Assembly (NCBI GenBank): GCA_018062825.1
Contig: JAGORL010000002.1
Location: forward strand, 1,629-65,628
Length of the DNA stretch: 64,000 nucleotides
Source of the DNA: Patescibacteria group bacterium
GTDB taxonomy: Bacteria; Patescibacteriota; Patescibacteriia; UBA9934
Reading direction: 5' to 3'
Shown here: positions 35,801-45,848 of the stretch, in pieces
How positions within the stretch are numbered: the first letter of the stretch is position 1
Layout of the letters: each line of letters starts with the position of its first letter
Translations under genes and position numbers: made by a program
Notes under the pieces: generated by a model
What the model was told of the DNA's origin: nothing
Databases searched by the model: none
Seen by the model: only the letters and a program-made list of their open reading frames with translations

Positions 35801-35806
35801 TGTAGA

Positions 35807-37378
35807 TTAAATCTCTTCCTTCTTCTGACGAATGAAACTCAGCCACCCTTCCGCTAGTTCAATAATAACCTTCACCGGTGCTTCAACAATAAAGTCAAAG
35901 AAATAAATGAAAACGTTAATATCAGCGATCTTCAAGCTAAGCCACTGACCAGCGCGTACAATTGGCAAAAGCAAAATATCAAACGCCGTACCTATCCAAC
36001 CTGACCTACTATCGGACACCACGATATCACGCGTACTCCAACGAATACGGATACCAAAGAAAGCAACGAGCGATAAGAAGAATAGGAACAAACTGATAGA
36101 AAGCCAGTGGAAACCGACTTGGCTTAAAGCAAAAGCGATCGCTCCGTACACACCTAAGAAAAGCACGGTGTACATAGCCGCAAACAACGACTGCCAACGA
36201 CTACGCTTCTCATGCTTCACGCGCGTATGCAAAAGCGGATGATCCTCTTCTTTCCAAAGCGCTGATAATGCCTCGGCATAATTCTGCGCATTGTCCTCCT
36301 TAGGAATCGAAACCGTAAGACTAATTAACGCCAAGAAAATCGGTGGGAAAAAGATATTAACCGCCAGTGGCTGCCACGGAATATGATCTTCAAATAAAAG
36401 ATCATACGGAACCTCCATGATAATCGCCACCAACATCTTGGTCAGGAACAGAAAAACGATCGAACGAGTAACGGTTCTACGCAAACGCTTAGAAAAATTG
36501 ATCGTACGCGCCTCGAGCGCCTTGTGACCAGCCTTCATGAAGGTAGCAGCGCCGTCAGTACGCAAATCAATGTCTGGATCAGATAAAATATCTCCAATTA
36601 CTCGGTAGACACCGGTCTTACGACGCACAAGTCGCATTAAACGATCCGTAAACGGATGCGCAATCTCCCCATCAATGGCCCGAACAATAGTTAAAAAGTT
36701 GGCCTCAACCTCAGCCTGCAAATCCGGACGCGACGGCTTGCCGCCCCAATCAGGGTAATACAACGTTAAAACCTTATAGCGTAAAATTGCTGGATTGCTC
36801 TTTAACAGCATCTTATGAATGGCGATGTACAATCGTAAATCACGCTCTTCTTCAGAAACAGGAAGTGCCGGATCCCAATCAATGCGCTTCTTAGTCTCTT
36901 CATACATGTAACTCACCAAGTGCTCCTCAGCAACTGCTGGCGCAAGCACCGCCTCAACCTCCGTAGCAATAACATCCAGTAACCACTTAATTAAATATTC
37001 CCGATCCTGCGGGTGACGTTCCGCAATAGCAAAAAGTGGCTCGTACTTTCCAATGATCGCCGCCAAGCGCTCGCCAAGGGAAATGGGAATGGTTTTATTT
37101 GGTAAATACCTTGCCCACACCAGTTCTTTTAAAAGATCTCCTGCAAAAGAAGAAAGCGGCGCATCAACACCAAGGTAACGCTTGAGCATGCGCGAAATAG
37201 CATTGCGGCGCAAAAGATGCTCTTCTTGATAATCAAAACTGTTACGAACACGCTCATACAAAACAGCTGCCGTACTTGTTGGCACGCTAACCTCAATCAT
37301 CTCTTCTGTTGATTCGGAAGAAAATGGGTCATGCGGCAAACGAATGTGCTTAGCCAGCTGAATTAAACGTTCGGACAT
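35807..37378 (-). CDS. hypothetical integral membrane protein
   Basis: 523 aa; C-terminal half with multiple TM helices. Confidence 0.45.
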   Translation of the reverse strand: MSERLIQLAKHIRLPHDPFSSESTEEMIEVSVPTSTAAVLYERVRNSFDYQEEHLLRRNAISRMLKRYLGVDAPLSSFAGDLLKELVWARYLPNKTIPISLGERLAAIIGKYEPLFAIAERHPQDREYLIKWLLDVIATEVEAVLAPAVAEEHLVSYMYEETKKRIDWDPALPVSEEERDLRLYIAIHKMLLKSNPAILRYKVLTLYYPDWGGKPSRPDLQAEVEANFLTIVRAIDGEIAHPFTDRLMRLVRRKTGVYRVIGDILSDPDIDLRTDGAATFMKAGHKALEARTINFSKRLRRTVTRSIVFLFLTKMLVAIIMEVPYDLLFEDHIPWQPLAVNIFFPPIFLALISLTVSIPKEDNAQNYAEALSALWKEEDHPLLHTRVKHEKRSRWQSLFAAMYTVLFLGVYGAIAFALSQVGFHWLSISLFLFFLSLVAFFGIRIRWSTRDIVVSDSRSGWIGTAFDILLLPIVRAGQWLSLKIADINVFIYFFDFIVEAPVKVIIELAEGWLSFIRQKKEEI

Positions 37379-37385
37379 AGAAATA

Positions 37386-38138
37386 CTAGAAGAGGATGCG
37401 TTCCTTGGACTTACTAACGATCATAAACGCCTCCTGCGCGGTATCAACAAGGATCGGTAATCGAATATCCTCCTTATCAATCGTAGCGTACTTCTCGTAC
37501 AACGTCTCCTCAATCCAAACAAGTACCGGCGTCCAGTAATCCTTGCCAACGAGCACAACCGGCATGGATTCAGACTTTTTCGTTTGAATAAGGGTTAAAA
37601 TCTCGAAAAGTTCATCGAGCGTACCATAACCACCCGGAAAAAACACGTAGGCCTGAGCCGCCGCCGCCAACATCACTTTACGCGTAAAAAAGTAATAAAA
37701 AGCCCGCGCATGAGTAACGTATGGATTAATACGCTGTTCACGCGGCAACTGAATGTTTAAACCAACCGAAGTACCACCTGCCTCAAAGGCTCCTTTATTG
37801 GCCGCCTCCATAATACCCGGGCCTCCCCCGGTCACAACGGTAAAACCTTTCGTTGCTAAAAGTGTACCGAGTCTTTCTGCCTCTTGATACCAATGACTAC
37901 CCGGTGACAAACGAGCTGAACCAAAAACAGAAACTTCTTTGGTTGTGGTAGCGATAAACTGAAAGCCCTCAACAAACTCCGCCATAATGCGGAACACACG
38001 CCACGTCATATCCGACGTGCGTGGAGGGCGAGCACCCATGCGACACATCGCCTTTTCTTCATCGGTGAGCGGAATACGAGCAACCGTATCAAGGTGCTGT
38101 GAACTATTGCCCGATTTTCCACTCGAAAAGAAATCCAT
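37386..38138 (-). CDS. LOG-family protein (cytokinin riboside 5'-monophosphate phosphoribohydrolase-like)
   Basis: GGGPGIMEA and PGGYGTLDELFE. Start set at MDFFSSGK because a terminator hairpin lies inside the longer ORF. Confidence 0.8.
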   Translation of the reverse strand: MDFFSSGKSGNSSQHLDTVARIPLTDEEKAMCRMGARPPRTSDMTWRVFRIMAEFVEGFQFIATTTKEVSVFGSARLSPGSHWYQEAERLGTLLATKGFTVVTGGGPGIMEAANKGAFEAGGTSVGLNIQLPREQRINPYVTHARAFYYFFTRKVMLAAAAQAYVFFPGGYGTLDELFEILTLIQTKKSESMPVVLVGKDYWTPVLVWIEETLYEKYATIDKEDIRLPILVDTAQEAFMIVSKSKERILF

Positions 38139-38213
38139 ACGCTGTATATTGTAACAGATGAGAGGTGAGGATTCGGAGTTCGAGGTTCGGGGTTTTGAAC
38201 ATGTTAAATAAAA

Positions 38214-38242
38214 GCACCCGACTTTCATCGAGTGCTTTTTTT
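38214..38242 (-). terminator. terminator-like hairpin (GCACCCGA-CTTTCA-TCGAGTGC, 1 mismatch) with T-runs on both sides
   Basis: Follows the ugd gene and the repeat element on the minus strand. Confidence 0.55.
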
Positions 38243-38348
38243 AAACTCCCAACTCACCAGCCCCAACGTAGTCCTCAAGGACGAAGTGGAGCTACTCCCA
38301 ACTCTTAACTCTTAACTTTAATCTTTTCACTTTACTCTTTAATCTCCA
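38243..38348 (-). repeat. composite intergenic repeat, copy B: A-rich GATTAAAG/GTTAAGAG tract + conserved hairpin module (38261-38299)
   Basis: Minus strand reads GGAGATTAAAGAGTAAAGTGAAAAGATTAAAGTTAAGAGTTAAGAGTTGGGAGTAGCTCCACTTCGTCCTTGAGGACTACGTTGGGGCTGGTGAG. An inverted partial copy lies at 38162-38197. Confidence 0.6.
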
Positions 38349-39572
38349 CTACGGCCTTGCATCCACAAACGGGATACGAGAAGCGCTTGGATCACGAAGT
38401 TCTGCAAAGTCTGGCCAGTCCGTAGCAATAACAGCTACCTGGGCACTTTGGAGCGCCTCAGGAATACTCTCTACAAAAACTACGCTTGGATACAACGTGG
38501 TCAAACGCGTAGCTGGCGCTGGATCATACACGCGCACCAAAGCTCCGCGCCGAAGCAACTCTTCCATAAGAAAAATCGCTGGTGATTCACGCACGTCATC
38601 GGTTCCCGCCTTAAACGCCAAACCAAACTGAGCCACCACAACGCCAGCAAGAGATCCGCCAGCAGCTTGAGCAATCTTGTCTGCGTAATACGAAATACGA
38701 TCAGCGTTAACGCTATAGGCAGCGCTCAGAATACTCGTTGGCGCCGAAGCCTCTACCGAAAACCGCTGAAGCGCCCGAACATCTTTTGGAAAGCAACCAC
38801 CACCCCAGCCAAGACCGTATCGCAGAAACTTCTTGCCGATACGATCGTCAAAACCCAGTGACTGCAAAACCGCCGCCGGATTTGCACCAACCGCCTCGGC
38901 AATGCGTGAAAGCTCATTCGCGTAACTCACCTTCACCGCTAAAAATGCATTCGCAGCATATTTACTCATCTCAGCAGAAGCGCAATCAAGCGCCACATAC
39001 GGCGTACCGCTCTCAATCCAAAAGGCATACACCTGACGTAGTAACGCATGGTCCTGTTCATTCAAAGCACCAACCACAATCCGACTCGGCTCACGAGCAT
39101 CACGTAACGCGGTTGATTCTGCTAAGAACTCAGGATTAGTCGCTACCGCATACCCGCCAAGCTGCGCCGACAAAGCTGCAGCAGTACCAGGGGGCGTCGT
39201 TGACTTCACAACAAGGAGCGCATTCTGCGGCAACCTTGCTACACTCCACAAAGCAGCTGACTCAAGAATCGAAAGATCAGCCGAGCCATCCTCGCCAGAT
39301 GGCGTTGGTACACACAAAAATGCTACCTGTGCAGTAAGCGCACCAACACCCTCAGGAACATCATCAAGCGCCGCGAATTGCAACCTACCTGTAGCAAGCG
39401 CCGTCTGCAGCGCCTCAGTAAAACCTGGCTCATGAAACGGCACCTCACCTCGTTGAAACGAAGCGACGCGTTCAATGTTGTTGTCAAAAGCAATAACACT
39501 ATGACCGGCTTCAACAAGCACTACTGCCATAACCGCTCCCACCCAACCCGCACCAACAACTGCAATGTCCAT
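38349..39572 (-). CDS. UDP-glucose/GDP-mannose dehydrogenase family nucleotide-sugar dehydrogenase
   Basis: N-terminal GAGWVG Rossmann fold, catalytic GGGCFPKD. Start set at MDIAVVGAG. Confidence 0.8.
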   Translation of the reverse strand: MDIAVVGAGWVGAVMAVVLVEAGHSVIAFDNNIERVASFQRGEVPFHEPGFTEALQTALATGRLQFAALDDVPEGVGALTAQVAFLCVPTPSGEDGSADLSILESAALWSVARLPQNALLVVKSTTPPGTAAALSAQLGGYAVATNPEFLAESTALRDAREPSRIVVGALNEQDHALLRQVYAFWIESGTPYVALDCASAEMSKYAANAFLAVKVSYANELSRIAEAVGANPAAVLQSLGFDDRIGKKFLRYGLGWGGGCFPKDVRALQRFSVEASAPTSILSAAYSVNADRISYYADKIAQAAGGSLAGVVVAQFGLAFKAGTDDVRESPAIFLMEELLRRGALVRVYDPAPATRLTTLYPSVVFVESIPEALQSAQVAVIATDWPDFAELRDPSASRIPFVDARP

Positions 39573-39579
39573 ACCCTTT

Positions 39580-40167
39580 CTAGTTGCTAAATCGTCCTTC
39601 AGCGATACGATCACCAGACGGAGCAGAATTACCATCACGCGGCTCACGCATGATCACAACGCTCACATACGTATGCGGATCAGCAATCCCGTTCGCTGGA
39701 TTTGCAATAAAATCCAAAACCCAACTGCCATCAGCGCGTACAACAAGTTCACCCATATCACGCACATCAGCCAAACCATCTTTCAATAACCACACTTCAT
39801 ATGAAGCCTGCGTGGCATCAAGTGCCGGCAAATACGCAAGCACGCTAAAACGGGCCTCGCCACGTTCAAACACCCGCGTTACCCGACCGGTATCTTGACC
39901 ATCAAATGTTGAAAGAAGAGTAGCCTCATCACGCAACACCTCTCCCTCTTTTAACGTTAAAATCGGATTTTCAACCGCTAGCGTTGCCACTGGCACAACA
40001 GCTTGCGCTTCTAAGTCTCTAGCAGCCTGACGTTCTCGAGCCTGCGCACGAAAAGTCGAAACCCCGTAAAAGAACACCGCACCCGCAGCAATACACAACA
40101 AAACTATGGCCATTGGGCCTAAAACAGGTCGTTTCTTAGTGTATCGTCGGCGGGCGCGCCAGCTCAT
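39580..40167 (-). CDS. hypothetical membrane-anchored protein
   Basis: Basic N-terminus, one TM, 150-aa extracytoplasmic part. Confidence 0.45.
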   Translation of the reverse strand: MSWRARRRYTKKRPVLGPMAIVLLCIAAGAVFFYGVSTFRAQARERQAARDLEAQAVVPVATLAVENPILTLKEGEVLRDEATLLSTFDGQDTGRVTRVFERGEARFSVLAYLPALDATQASYEVWLLKDGLADVRDMGELVVRADGSWVLDFIANPANGIADPHTYVSVVIMREPRDGNSAPSGDRIAEGRFSN

Positions 40168-41309
40168 ACTCGGGTAACGGCTAAAGCAATGTCTTCAGCA
40201 GGATTATACTCGAGAATCGATGGAATGATGAGTTCAGCCGTTGGATTTTTTACAGCGCTAGCGAGCGCCACAGCTGCCGCGATCTTAATGGTCGGCGTAA
40301 GTTTCACTCCCTTTTTACGCAAGAGTCCAGCAAAAATACCCGGATACACAAGCACATTATTCACTTGATTGGCAAAGTCGGATCGACCAGTAGCAATCAC
40401 CTCTGCCCCCGCCGCCTTGGCCTCATCCGGCATGATCTCTGGCGTTGGATTAGCAAGCGCAAAAACAATTGATCGTGGCGCCATGGAACGAACCATGTCC
40501 TGGGTAATAACCCCTGGCTTACTCACCCCAACAACTACATCAGCTCCCTGCATAGCGTCCGCAAGCGTACCAAGCTTACCTTGCGCATTAATACGTTTAG
40601 CAAGGGCATCCTTCTGCGGGTTCATACCATCTCGACCAAGAGCAATCATGCCCTTGGAATCAAGCACGGTCATGCGTGTCACTCCCGCATCAAGCAAAAG
40701 TTCCGCAATAGCATGACCAGCAGCACCAGCACCATTAATAACAACTGCGATATCCTCCATACGCTTTTCAACTACCTTCAAAGCGTTGTACAGCGCACCA
40801 AGAGTAACAATCGCAGTTGCATGCTGATCGTCATGCATCACCGGAATTGATAATTCTTCAGACAAACGTCGTTCGATCTCAAAACAGGCAGGTGCCGCAA
40901 TGTCCTCAAGGTGAATGCCACCAAACGTTGGCGAGATCATTTTCACCGCTCGGATAATCTCTTCCGGATCTTTACTCGCAAGTACAATCGGTACGCCATC
41001 AATCCCGGCGTATTTTTTATAAAGGACCGCTTTACCTTCCATAACCGGCAGTGCAGCCAGCGGGCCAATATCACCAAGACCAAGAACCGAGGTGCCATCG
41101 CTCACAATAGCGACAGCGTTACCCTTCATGGTGAGCTCATACGCCTGCGCTGGATCCTGAGCAATCACGCGGCACGGTTCAGCAACGCCAGGAGTATAGG
41201 CGATCGATAAATCGTCCTTCGTTTCTAAAGGCAAACGTGAAGTAACTGCAAATTTCCCTCGGGCAGCACGGTGTGCCGCTAGTGACAGTTCGTTATAGTT
41301 CGAAGACAT
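40164..41309 (-). CDS. NAD(P)-dependent malic enzyme
   Basis: [31 protein letters not shown]. Confidence 0.85.
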   Translation of the reverse strand: MSSNYNELSLAAHRAARGKFAVTSRLPLETKDDLSIAYTPGVAEPCRVIAQDPAQAYELTMKGNAVAIVSDGTSVLGLGDIGPLAALPVMEGKAVLYKKYAGIDGVPIVLASKDPEEIIRAVKMISPTFGGIHLEDIAAPACFEIERRLSEELSIPVMHDDQHATAIVTLGALYNALKVVEKRMEDIAVVINGAGAAGHAIAELLLDAGVTRMTVLDSKGMIALGRDGMNPQKDALAKRINAQGKLGTLADAMQGADVVVGVSKPGVITQDMVRSMAPRSIVFALANPTPEIMPDEAKAAGAEVIATGRSDFANQVNNVLVYPGIFAGLLRKKGVKLTPTIKIAAAVALASAVKNPTAELIIPSILEYNPAEDIALAVTRV

Positions 41310-41378
41310 AAGTGAAAACAGGTGAATAAGAAACTACACTTATGACTTCCGAATTACAACATAGGACAGAAAAAATAA

Positions 41379-41432
41379 TGGAGATTAAAGATTAGAGTGG
41401 AAAGTGGAAAGAGTAAAGGAAAAACGTGGGGA
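41379..41432 (+). repeat. purine-rich GGAGATTAAAGATTAGAGTGGAAAGTGGAAAGAGTAAAGG tract (plus-strand orientation)
   Basis: Same repeat family as 38300-38348, but in the opposite orientation relative to the flanking genes. Confidence 0.45.
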
Positions 41433-41436
41433 CAAC

Positions 41437-43587
41437 CTATAGCTCATCAATATCGCGCAAGAAAGAGCCAGGAGAAGCCCGTTTTGGCGTTGATTGCTCA
41501 CCAAGATCGTTCAAAACAATCGTCGGCTCATCGTCGTCTGAAAAACGGGCTGAACGACCTGACTTTGGAGCTGCGTACTTATTCGCATAATACGAACTTG
41601 CGCCACCGCCGAAACGTGGAGCTGCCCGCAGCTTGATTGTCTCGATCGCGTCCTTGGGAATCTCATCCAAAAACGGTGACGGCTGACGCAACTCCAAGTG
41701 GTCAAAACCGCTCGTGATTGGATACGTCAAAAAGAGCTTGCGGCGTGCCCGTGTGGCTGCCACGTAAAACAAACGTCGCTCCTCTTCCATGCCAGCCTCA
41801 TCATACGAACGCTGACTTGGAAATGCGCCTTCGGCAAGATTGAGCACAAAGACCGTGTTCCACTCAAGTCCTTTTGCCTGATGAATCGTAGATAAAATAA
41901 CGCGCGAAGTTTCAGTTTGCTGGGGTGGCTTTTCCGGGTCAGAGAGCCCGCCGGCTTCACCAGTAAGCGTTACCGCATCTAAAAATGCCCCAAGCTCATC
42001 ATACTGATCGGCAAAAAGACCAAACTGCTCCAAGTCCTCTAAACGCTCACGAGAATTCTGATATTCAGACTCCAAATATTCTTTATACGTTTCACTTCCT
42101 GCAAAGCGCCGTAGTGCCTCACCAGGGCTTGTCGCGCGCGCCATGACGCCAATGATCTTTGCTGCCCGCTGCCAACCAGCCTGCGCCTTAGCGCCAAGCT
42201 TTGGCATCATCTGACTTGCCTGTTCTGCGCTATCACACATCGCCGCTTGATTAGCGACTTTGGCCGCCGTCGCTAAACCAAAACCATCCTGAATCTGCAG
42301 CGCCCGCATCCAAGCCATCTCATCTTTCACGTTACGCAAAACTCGCAAATGCGCCAGCGCGTCTTTAACGTGCGCACGCTCAAAAAACTTCAAACCACCC
42401 CGATACTCGTAAGGAATATTGCGCTTCATGAGTTCAAACTCGAGCGCCTGCGAATGAAAAGCGGCGCGGAAAAGTACCGCAATATTCTCCATGCGCTCCC
42501 CCTCGTTAATAAGTTGCAACATCTGCTCAGCAACAAATTGCGCCTCCTGCTGTTGATCAGCAGCCGGCACTACATTCGGCTTTTCTCCTGAACGTGAAGC
42601 AGCAACTAATTCTTTTTCAAACTGATCGCCATTATTCGCAATAACCGCATTTGCTACAGCTAAAATCTCTGGCGTTGAGCGATAGTTAACAACGAGTCGC
42701 TGCATGACCGCCTCCGGAAAACGCTTTGGAAAATCCAAAATATTACGAATCTCCGCCGCACGGAAGGAATAAATACTCTGGGCGTCATCACCAACAACCG
42801 TCAGATTCTTGTGGGCCTCAGCAAGCTTGTACACGATCTCTGCCTGAATCGCATTCGTATCCTGATACTCATCAACAAAGATGTACTCAAAACGATTGCT
42901 AAGCGCACTGCATACTTCCGGATGCGTTTCTAGAAGCTTCAACCACTCATTTAAGAGGTCATCAAAGTCCATCGTCTTCTGCCGAAGCTTATGATCTTGG
43001 TATGTACGAGCGATGCGGATAATCTCTTCTTCAAACGCGGTAAAAGTAGAGGCTCGACGTTCGATAGCTTGCGGAAGTGAAATACGCGCATTTGTCGCAA
43101 ACGAAATAATACCTTTGAGCACGTTTGCACTCGGGAAACGCTTCCCGCGAGCATCTTGCACCTCATCTTTAATGCAAAGCTTCATTAGGTCCGTTGAATC
43201 CTCATCATCCATGATAGAAAAGTCTCTGCCGTATTCCGTACGATCTCCATACATTCTCAGTATGCGGTTCGCAATACTGTGAAATGTTCCACTCCATAAA
43301 CCCTGCGGATACACTTTCAAAAGCGCTTCAACACGCGTGGCCATCTCTTTGGCCGCCTTGTTCGTAAACGTCAAAAGGAGCATCCGATCAGGTTGCACGC
43401 CATGTTCCAAGAGCCAAGCAACGCGATAAGTAACAGTGCGCGTTTTGCCGCTACCAGCGCCCGCTAACACGAGTACAGGGCCACCAGGATGCTCAACAAC
43501 CGCTAACTGTTCCTCATTAAGCTCCGCTTTATAATCGATCTTTAAATCAGGACTCCCCTGCGCGCCAGTCAAGATAAATTCCTTCAT
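41437..43587 (-). CDS. UvrD/PcrA/Rep-family ATP-dependent DNA helicase
   Basis: LAGAGSGKTRT, TFTNKAA, VDEYQDTN, full set of helicase motifs. Confidence 0.9.
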   Translation of the reverse strand: MKEFILTGAQGSPDLKIDYKAELNEEQLAVVEHPGGPVLVLAGAGSGKTRTVTYRVAWLLEHGVQPDRMLLLTFTNKAAKEMATRVEALLKVYPQGLWSGTFHSIANRILRMYGDRTEYGRDFSIMDDEDSTDLMKLCIKDEVQDARGKRFPSANVLKGIISFATNARISLPQAIERRASTFTAFEEEIIRIARTYQDHKLRQKTMDFDDLLNEWLKLLETHPEVCSALSNRFEYIFVDEYQDTNAIQAEIVYKLAEAHKNLTVVGDDAQSIYSFRAAEIRNILDFPKRFPEAVMQRLVVNYRSTPEILAVANAVIANNGDQFEKELVAASRSGEKPNVVPAADQQQEAQFVAEQMLQLINEGERMENIAVLFRAAFHSQALEFELMKRNIPYEYRGGLKFFERAHVKDALAHLRVLRNVKDEMAWMRALQIQDGFGLATAAKVANQAAMCDSAEQASQMMPKLGAKAQAGWQRAAKIIGVMARATSPGEALRRFAGSETYKEYLESEYQNSRERLEDLEQFGLFADQYDELGAFLDAVTLTGEAGGLSDPEKPPQQTETSRVILSTIHQAKGLEWNTVFVLNLAEGAFPSQRSYDEAGMEEERRLFYVAATRARRKLFLTYPITSGFDHLELRQPSPFLDEIPKDAIETIKLRAAPRFGGGASSYYANKYAAPKSGRSARFSDDDEPTIVLNDLGEQSTPKRASPGSFLRDIDEL

Positions 43588-43657
43588 ATCGAGAATGAGT
43601 TTAGCACTCCAAGGATAAAATCAAAAACAGCCCTGGTGACAAGGCTGTTTTACAAAA

Positions 43658-44527
43658 CTATTGATTGAACACGACATTAGCCTCGTACTCCTGCCCTGAC
43701 TCATTAGCTTCGATTGTAAGACGGGCTCGATCCCCAGTTGGCAGCAAGAAATCAATACCTGAAGCCGTGGTTACGATGTTAGAAAACAGCGGTGTCGTCA
43801 TCTGGCCGTCAACATCAATACATGGCACCCGTTTTGCAATCGGAAGTGCAAAAACGAGTGGCACCACCTGCGTCGAGATCGATGAACTTAATACAACTCC
43901 TGACACCTCCGCTGTCGCGCCTTGCTCTTGTGAACATTCCTCCGTCACATATAAATCAACCGTATCGTGCGCAGGATAAAGAATCGCGTTGAATTTTATC
44001 TTCTCTAAGCCCCAACCCCTCTCAGAACGCATCCTTAGGACATCGAATCCCGATTGATCAAATGCAATTTCAAGATATTCGCCCACCTCTGGAGCACCAT
44101 TCCACATTGAAAATGTATGCGAACCATCTTCATTTTTTACAAAACCAAAAACTTTTCTAATCGGACTCAATGCAACAGTATAAACAACCTCCTCTTCACC
44201 GTTTTGAATATTTTTACGATTAAGTTGATATAAATATCCCCCATCATTCTCAACTACCTCGTCAGAAAAGAAAAATTCACCAATACTATATTCGAGACCT
44301 CGAATCTCATTCTCAACATTCAAGATAGCGTTCTCTTGCTTAAGAATTTCGTTTTCAATGCCGACGGCATGCATCCTCTCGCCCATAGCGCCCAAGCTCT
44401 CACGAAGATAGATAGTTACAAAAATCAAAACAAGTACCGCAGCAGCTGTCGACAAAAAAGCTAATAACAAAGCAACAGACACCCCGAGCAAACCGTTGCT
44501 CTTCTTTACCACTTTTTTGTTCGCCAT
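43658..44527 (-). CDS. hypothetical membrane-anchored protein with coiled-coil segment
   Basis: 289-aa ORF. Confidence 0.45.
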   Translation of the reverse strand: MANKKVVKKSNGLLGVSVALLLAFLSTAAAVLVLIFVTIYLRESLGAMGERMHAVGIENEILKQENAILNVENEIRGLEYSIGEFFFSDEVVENDGGYLYQLNRKNIQNGEEEVVYTVALSPIRKVFGFVKNEDGSHTFSMWNGAPEVGEYLEIAFDQSGFDVLRMRSERGWGLEKIKFNAILYPAHDTVDLYVTEECSQEQGATAEVSGVVLSSSISTQVVPLVFALPIAKRVPCIDVDGQMTTPLFSNIVTTASGIDFLLPTGDRARLTIEANESGQEYEANVVFNQ

Positions 44528-44542
44528 ATTATCAACGAGTAT

Positions 44543-44582
44543 AACAGAAAACGACCCCCGCTCCAGGTGAGCTAGGGGTCGT
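44543..44582 (-). terminator. terminator of GC-rich cassette c (ACGACCCC ... GGGGTCGT + UUUUCUGUU)
   Basis: Read directly. Confidence 0.6.
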
Positions 44583-44590
44583 GAGTGGGT

Positions 44591-45757
44591 TTACGCCGCC
44601 GCGATGATCGGCTTCACCGCGTTGTAGACCGCCTTGGCGTTCAGACCAGGCCGAGCGAGCTCGCCCTGGAGAACCATGAACTGACCGCGCATGCCAGGCA
44701 GAACCGGGCGCTCGAAGTCGTCGTCCGTGAGGTCGGTCGAACCAAGCGCGTAGGCGATGTCGCCGGCAGTCGCGATCGCGTTGCGGCGATCGATGTCAGA
44801 GAGCGGCTGATCACGCTCCTTCGCGACCGAGGCGACGGTGAGCACTTCGTCGAGACTCTCGCGGATGGCGAGGATCTCGAGCGAACGACGCACCTTGTCG
44901 ACGTGCACGAACGCCGTGATGAGATCACCGGTCTTGATCGCCTCGATGGCGATCTTGAGGTCGATCACGTCACGCACGAACGAGCGGCGGCCGTCCGGAG
45001 CGATCACGATCGCGTTCAGGATGGCGACCTGCGCCTCGAACTGCTGCACGTAGTAGCTCTGGGTCTTGAGCTTCTCCGGCTCACGGCGCCAGCGCAGGAA
45101 CGCCTGCGTGACCCGCATGAGCTCCGAGCGTACTCCATCGAGCTGATCGCGGATGGCGAGCAGCACACGGGCGCGGACGTCGATGAACGCCCCGATCCGC
45201 CGCATGTTGCCCTTGCGAGTCGCGAGACGGTGCTCCGCCGACCAGATGATCGGCAGCCGAGACATCGGGTTCACCCGCTTGATCGAATCCTTCGGAAGCG
45301 CCGCCCGACCGGTCTGGTCGCGCGCGTACATCTTCGATTCGTCACGGAAGTGCGGGTGCTTGGCGTAGAAGTCCTCCATCTGCCGCCGCACCATGTTCTG
45401 TTCGTCGATCGGCAGGCGCTGCAGATCGACGAACACCGAGTACCCCCACGCGAGGGTGCCGAGCCACGCCTTGATCTGCGTCTCCTCGTCCTCGTAGCTG
45501 TTCGGCACGTGCCGGGCAACCGCGCGGATCGCCGAGTACAGACCATCGTTGTACGTGGAGAAGGCGCCGCTCTCCTGGTTGTAGAGGAGCACAGCACCCT
45601 TCTTGATCTCCCCCGCCGCCACCGCGGCAATGAGCACACGCCCCGGCAGGGGCTCCTTCACGGCGAGGGCCACATCGCCCTCCTTGACCGTGATCTTTCG
45701 CTCGACGATCTGCCCGTTTCCGGGGATTCGACCGTCAGTACCAGTACGCACGTCCAT
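44591..45757 (-). CDS. hypothetical protein (388 aa, largely helical), GC-rich cassette c
   Basis: Minus-strand frame has a protein-like composition. The plus-strand 395-aa ORF is an R/D/L/H-rich antisense artefact. Confidence 0.5.
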   Translation of the reverse strand: MDVRTGTDGRIPGNGQIVERKITVKEGDVALAVKEPLPGRVLIAAVAAGEIKKGAVLLYNQESGAFSTYNDGLYSAIRAVARHVPNSYEDEETQIKAWLGTLAWGYSVFVDLQRLPIDEQNMVRRQMEDFYAKHPHFRDESKMYARDQTGRAALPKDSIKRVNPMSRLPIIWSAEHRLATRKGNMRRIGAFIDVRARVLLAIRDQLDGVRSELMRVTQAFLRWRREPEKLKTQSYYVQQFEAQVAILNAIVIAPDGRRSFVRDVIDLKIAIEAIKTGDLITAFVHVDKVRRSLEILAIRESLDEVLTVASVAKERDQPLSDIDRRNAIATAGDIAYALGSTDLTDDDFERPVLPGMRGQFMVLQGELARPGLNAKAVYNAVKPIIAAA

Positions 45758-45813
45758 GCCACCTCCAAGTGATTGGCGGCTGAAAGGTTAGCGAAATTTT
45801 AGAACTTTGTCAA
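45758..45813 (-). promoter_or_regulatory. conserved cassette leader, copy c (TTGACA-17-TAACCT; TCGCTAACCTTTC; CACTTGGAGGTGGC-ATG)
   Basis: Aligned by eye with the other copies. Confidence 0.45.
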
Positions 45814-45816
45814 CGT

Positions 45817-45841
45817 AAAAGACCGCCTAGGCGGTCTTTTA
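45817..45841. terminator. bidirectional terminator (AAAAGACCGCC-TA-GGCGGTCTTTT)
   Basis: Follows mltG on the minus strand. Confidence 0.75.
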
Positions 45842-45848
45842 CATCTTC

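Noticed and set aside
44585-45772. 395-aa plus-strand ORF overlapping cassette c
   Set aside because: Its R/D/L/H/V-dominated composition is typical of the antisense frame of GC-rich coding DNA. The minus-strand frame has a protein-like composition, an RBS and a terminator.
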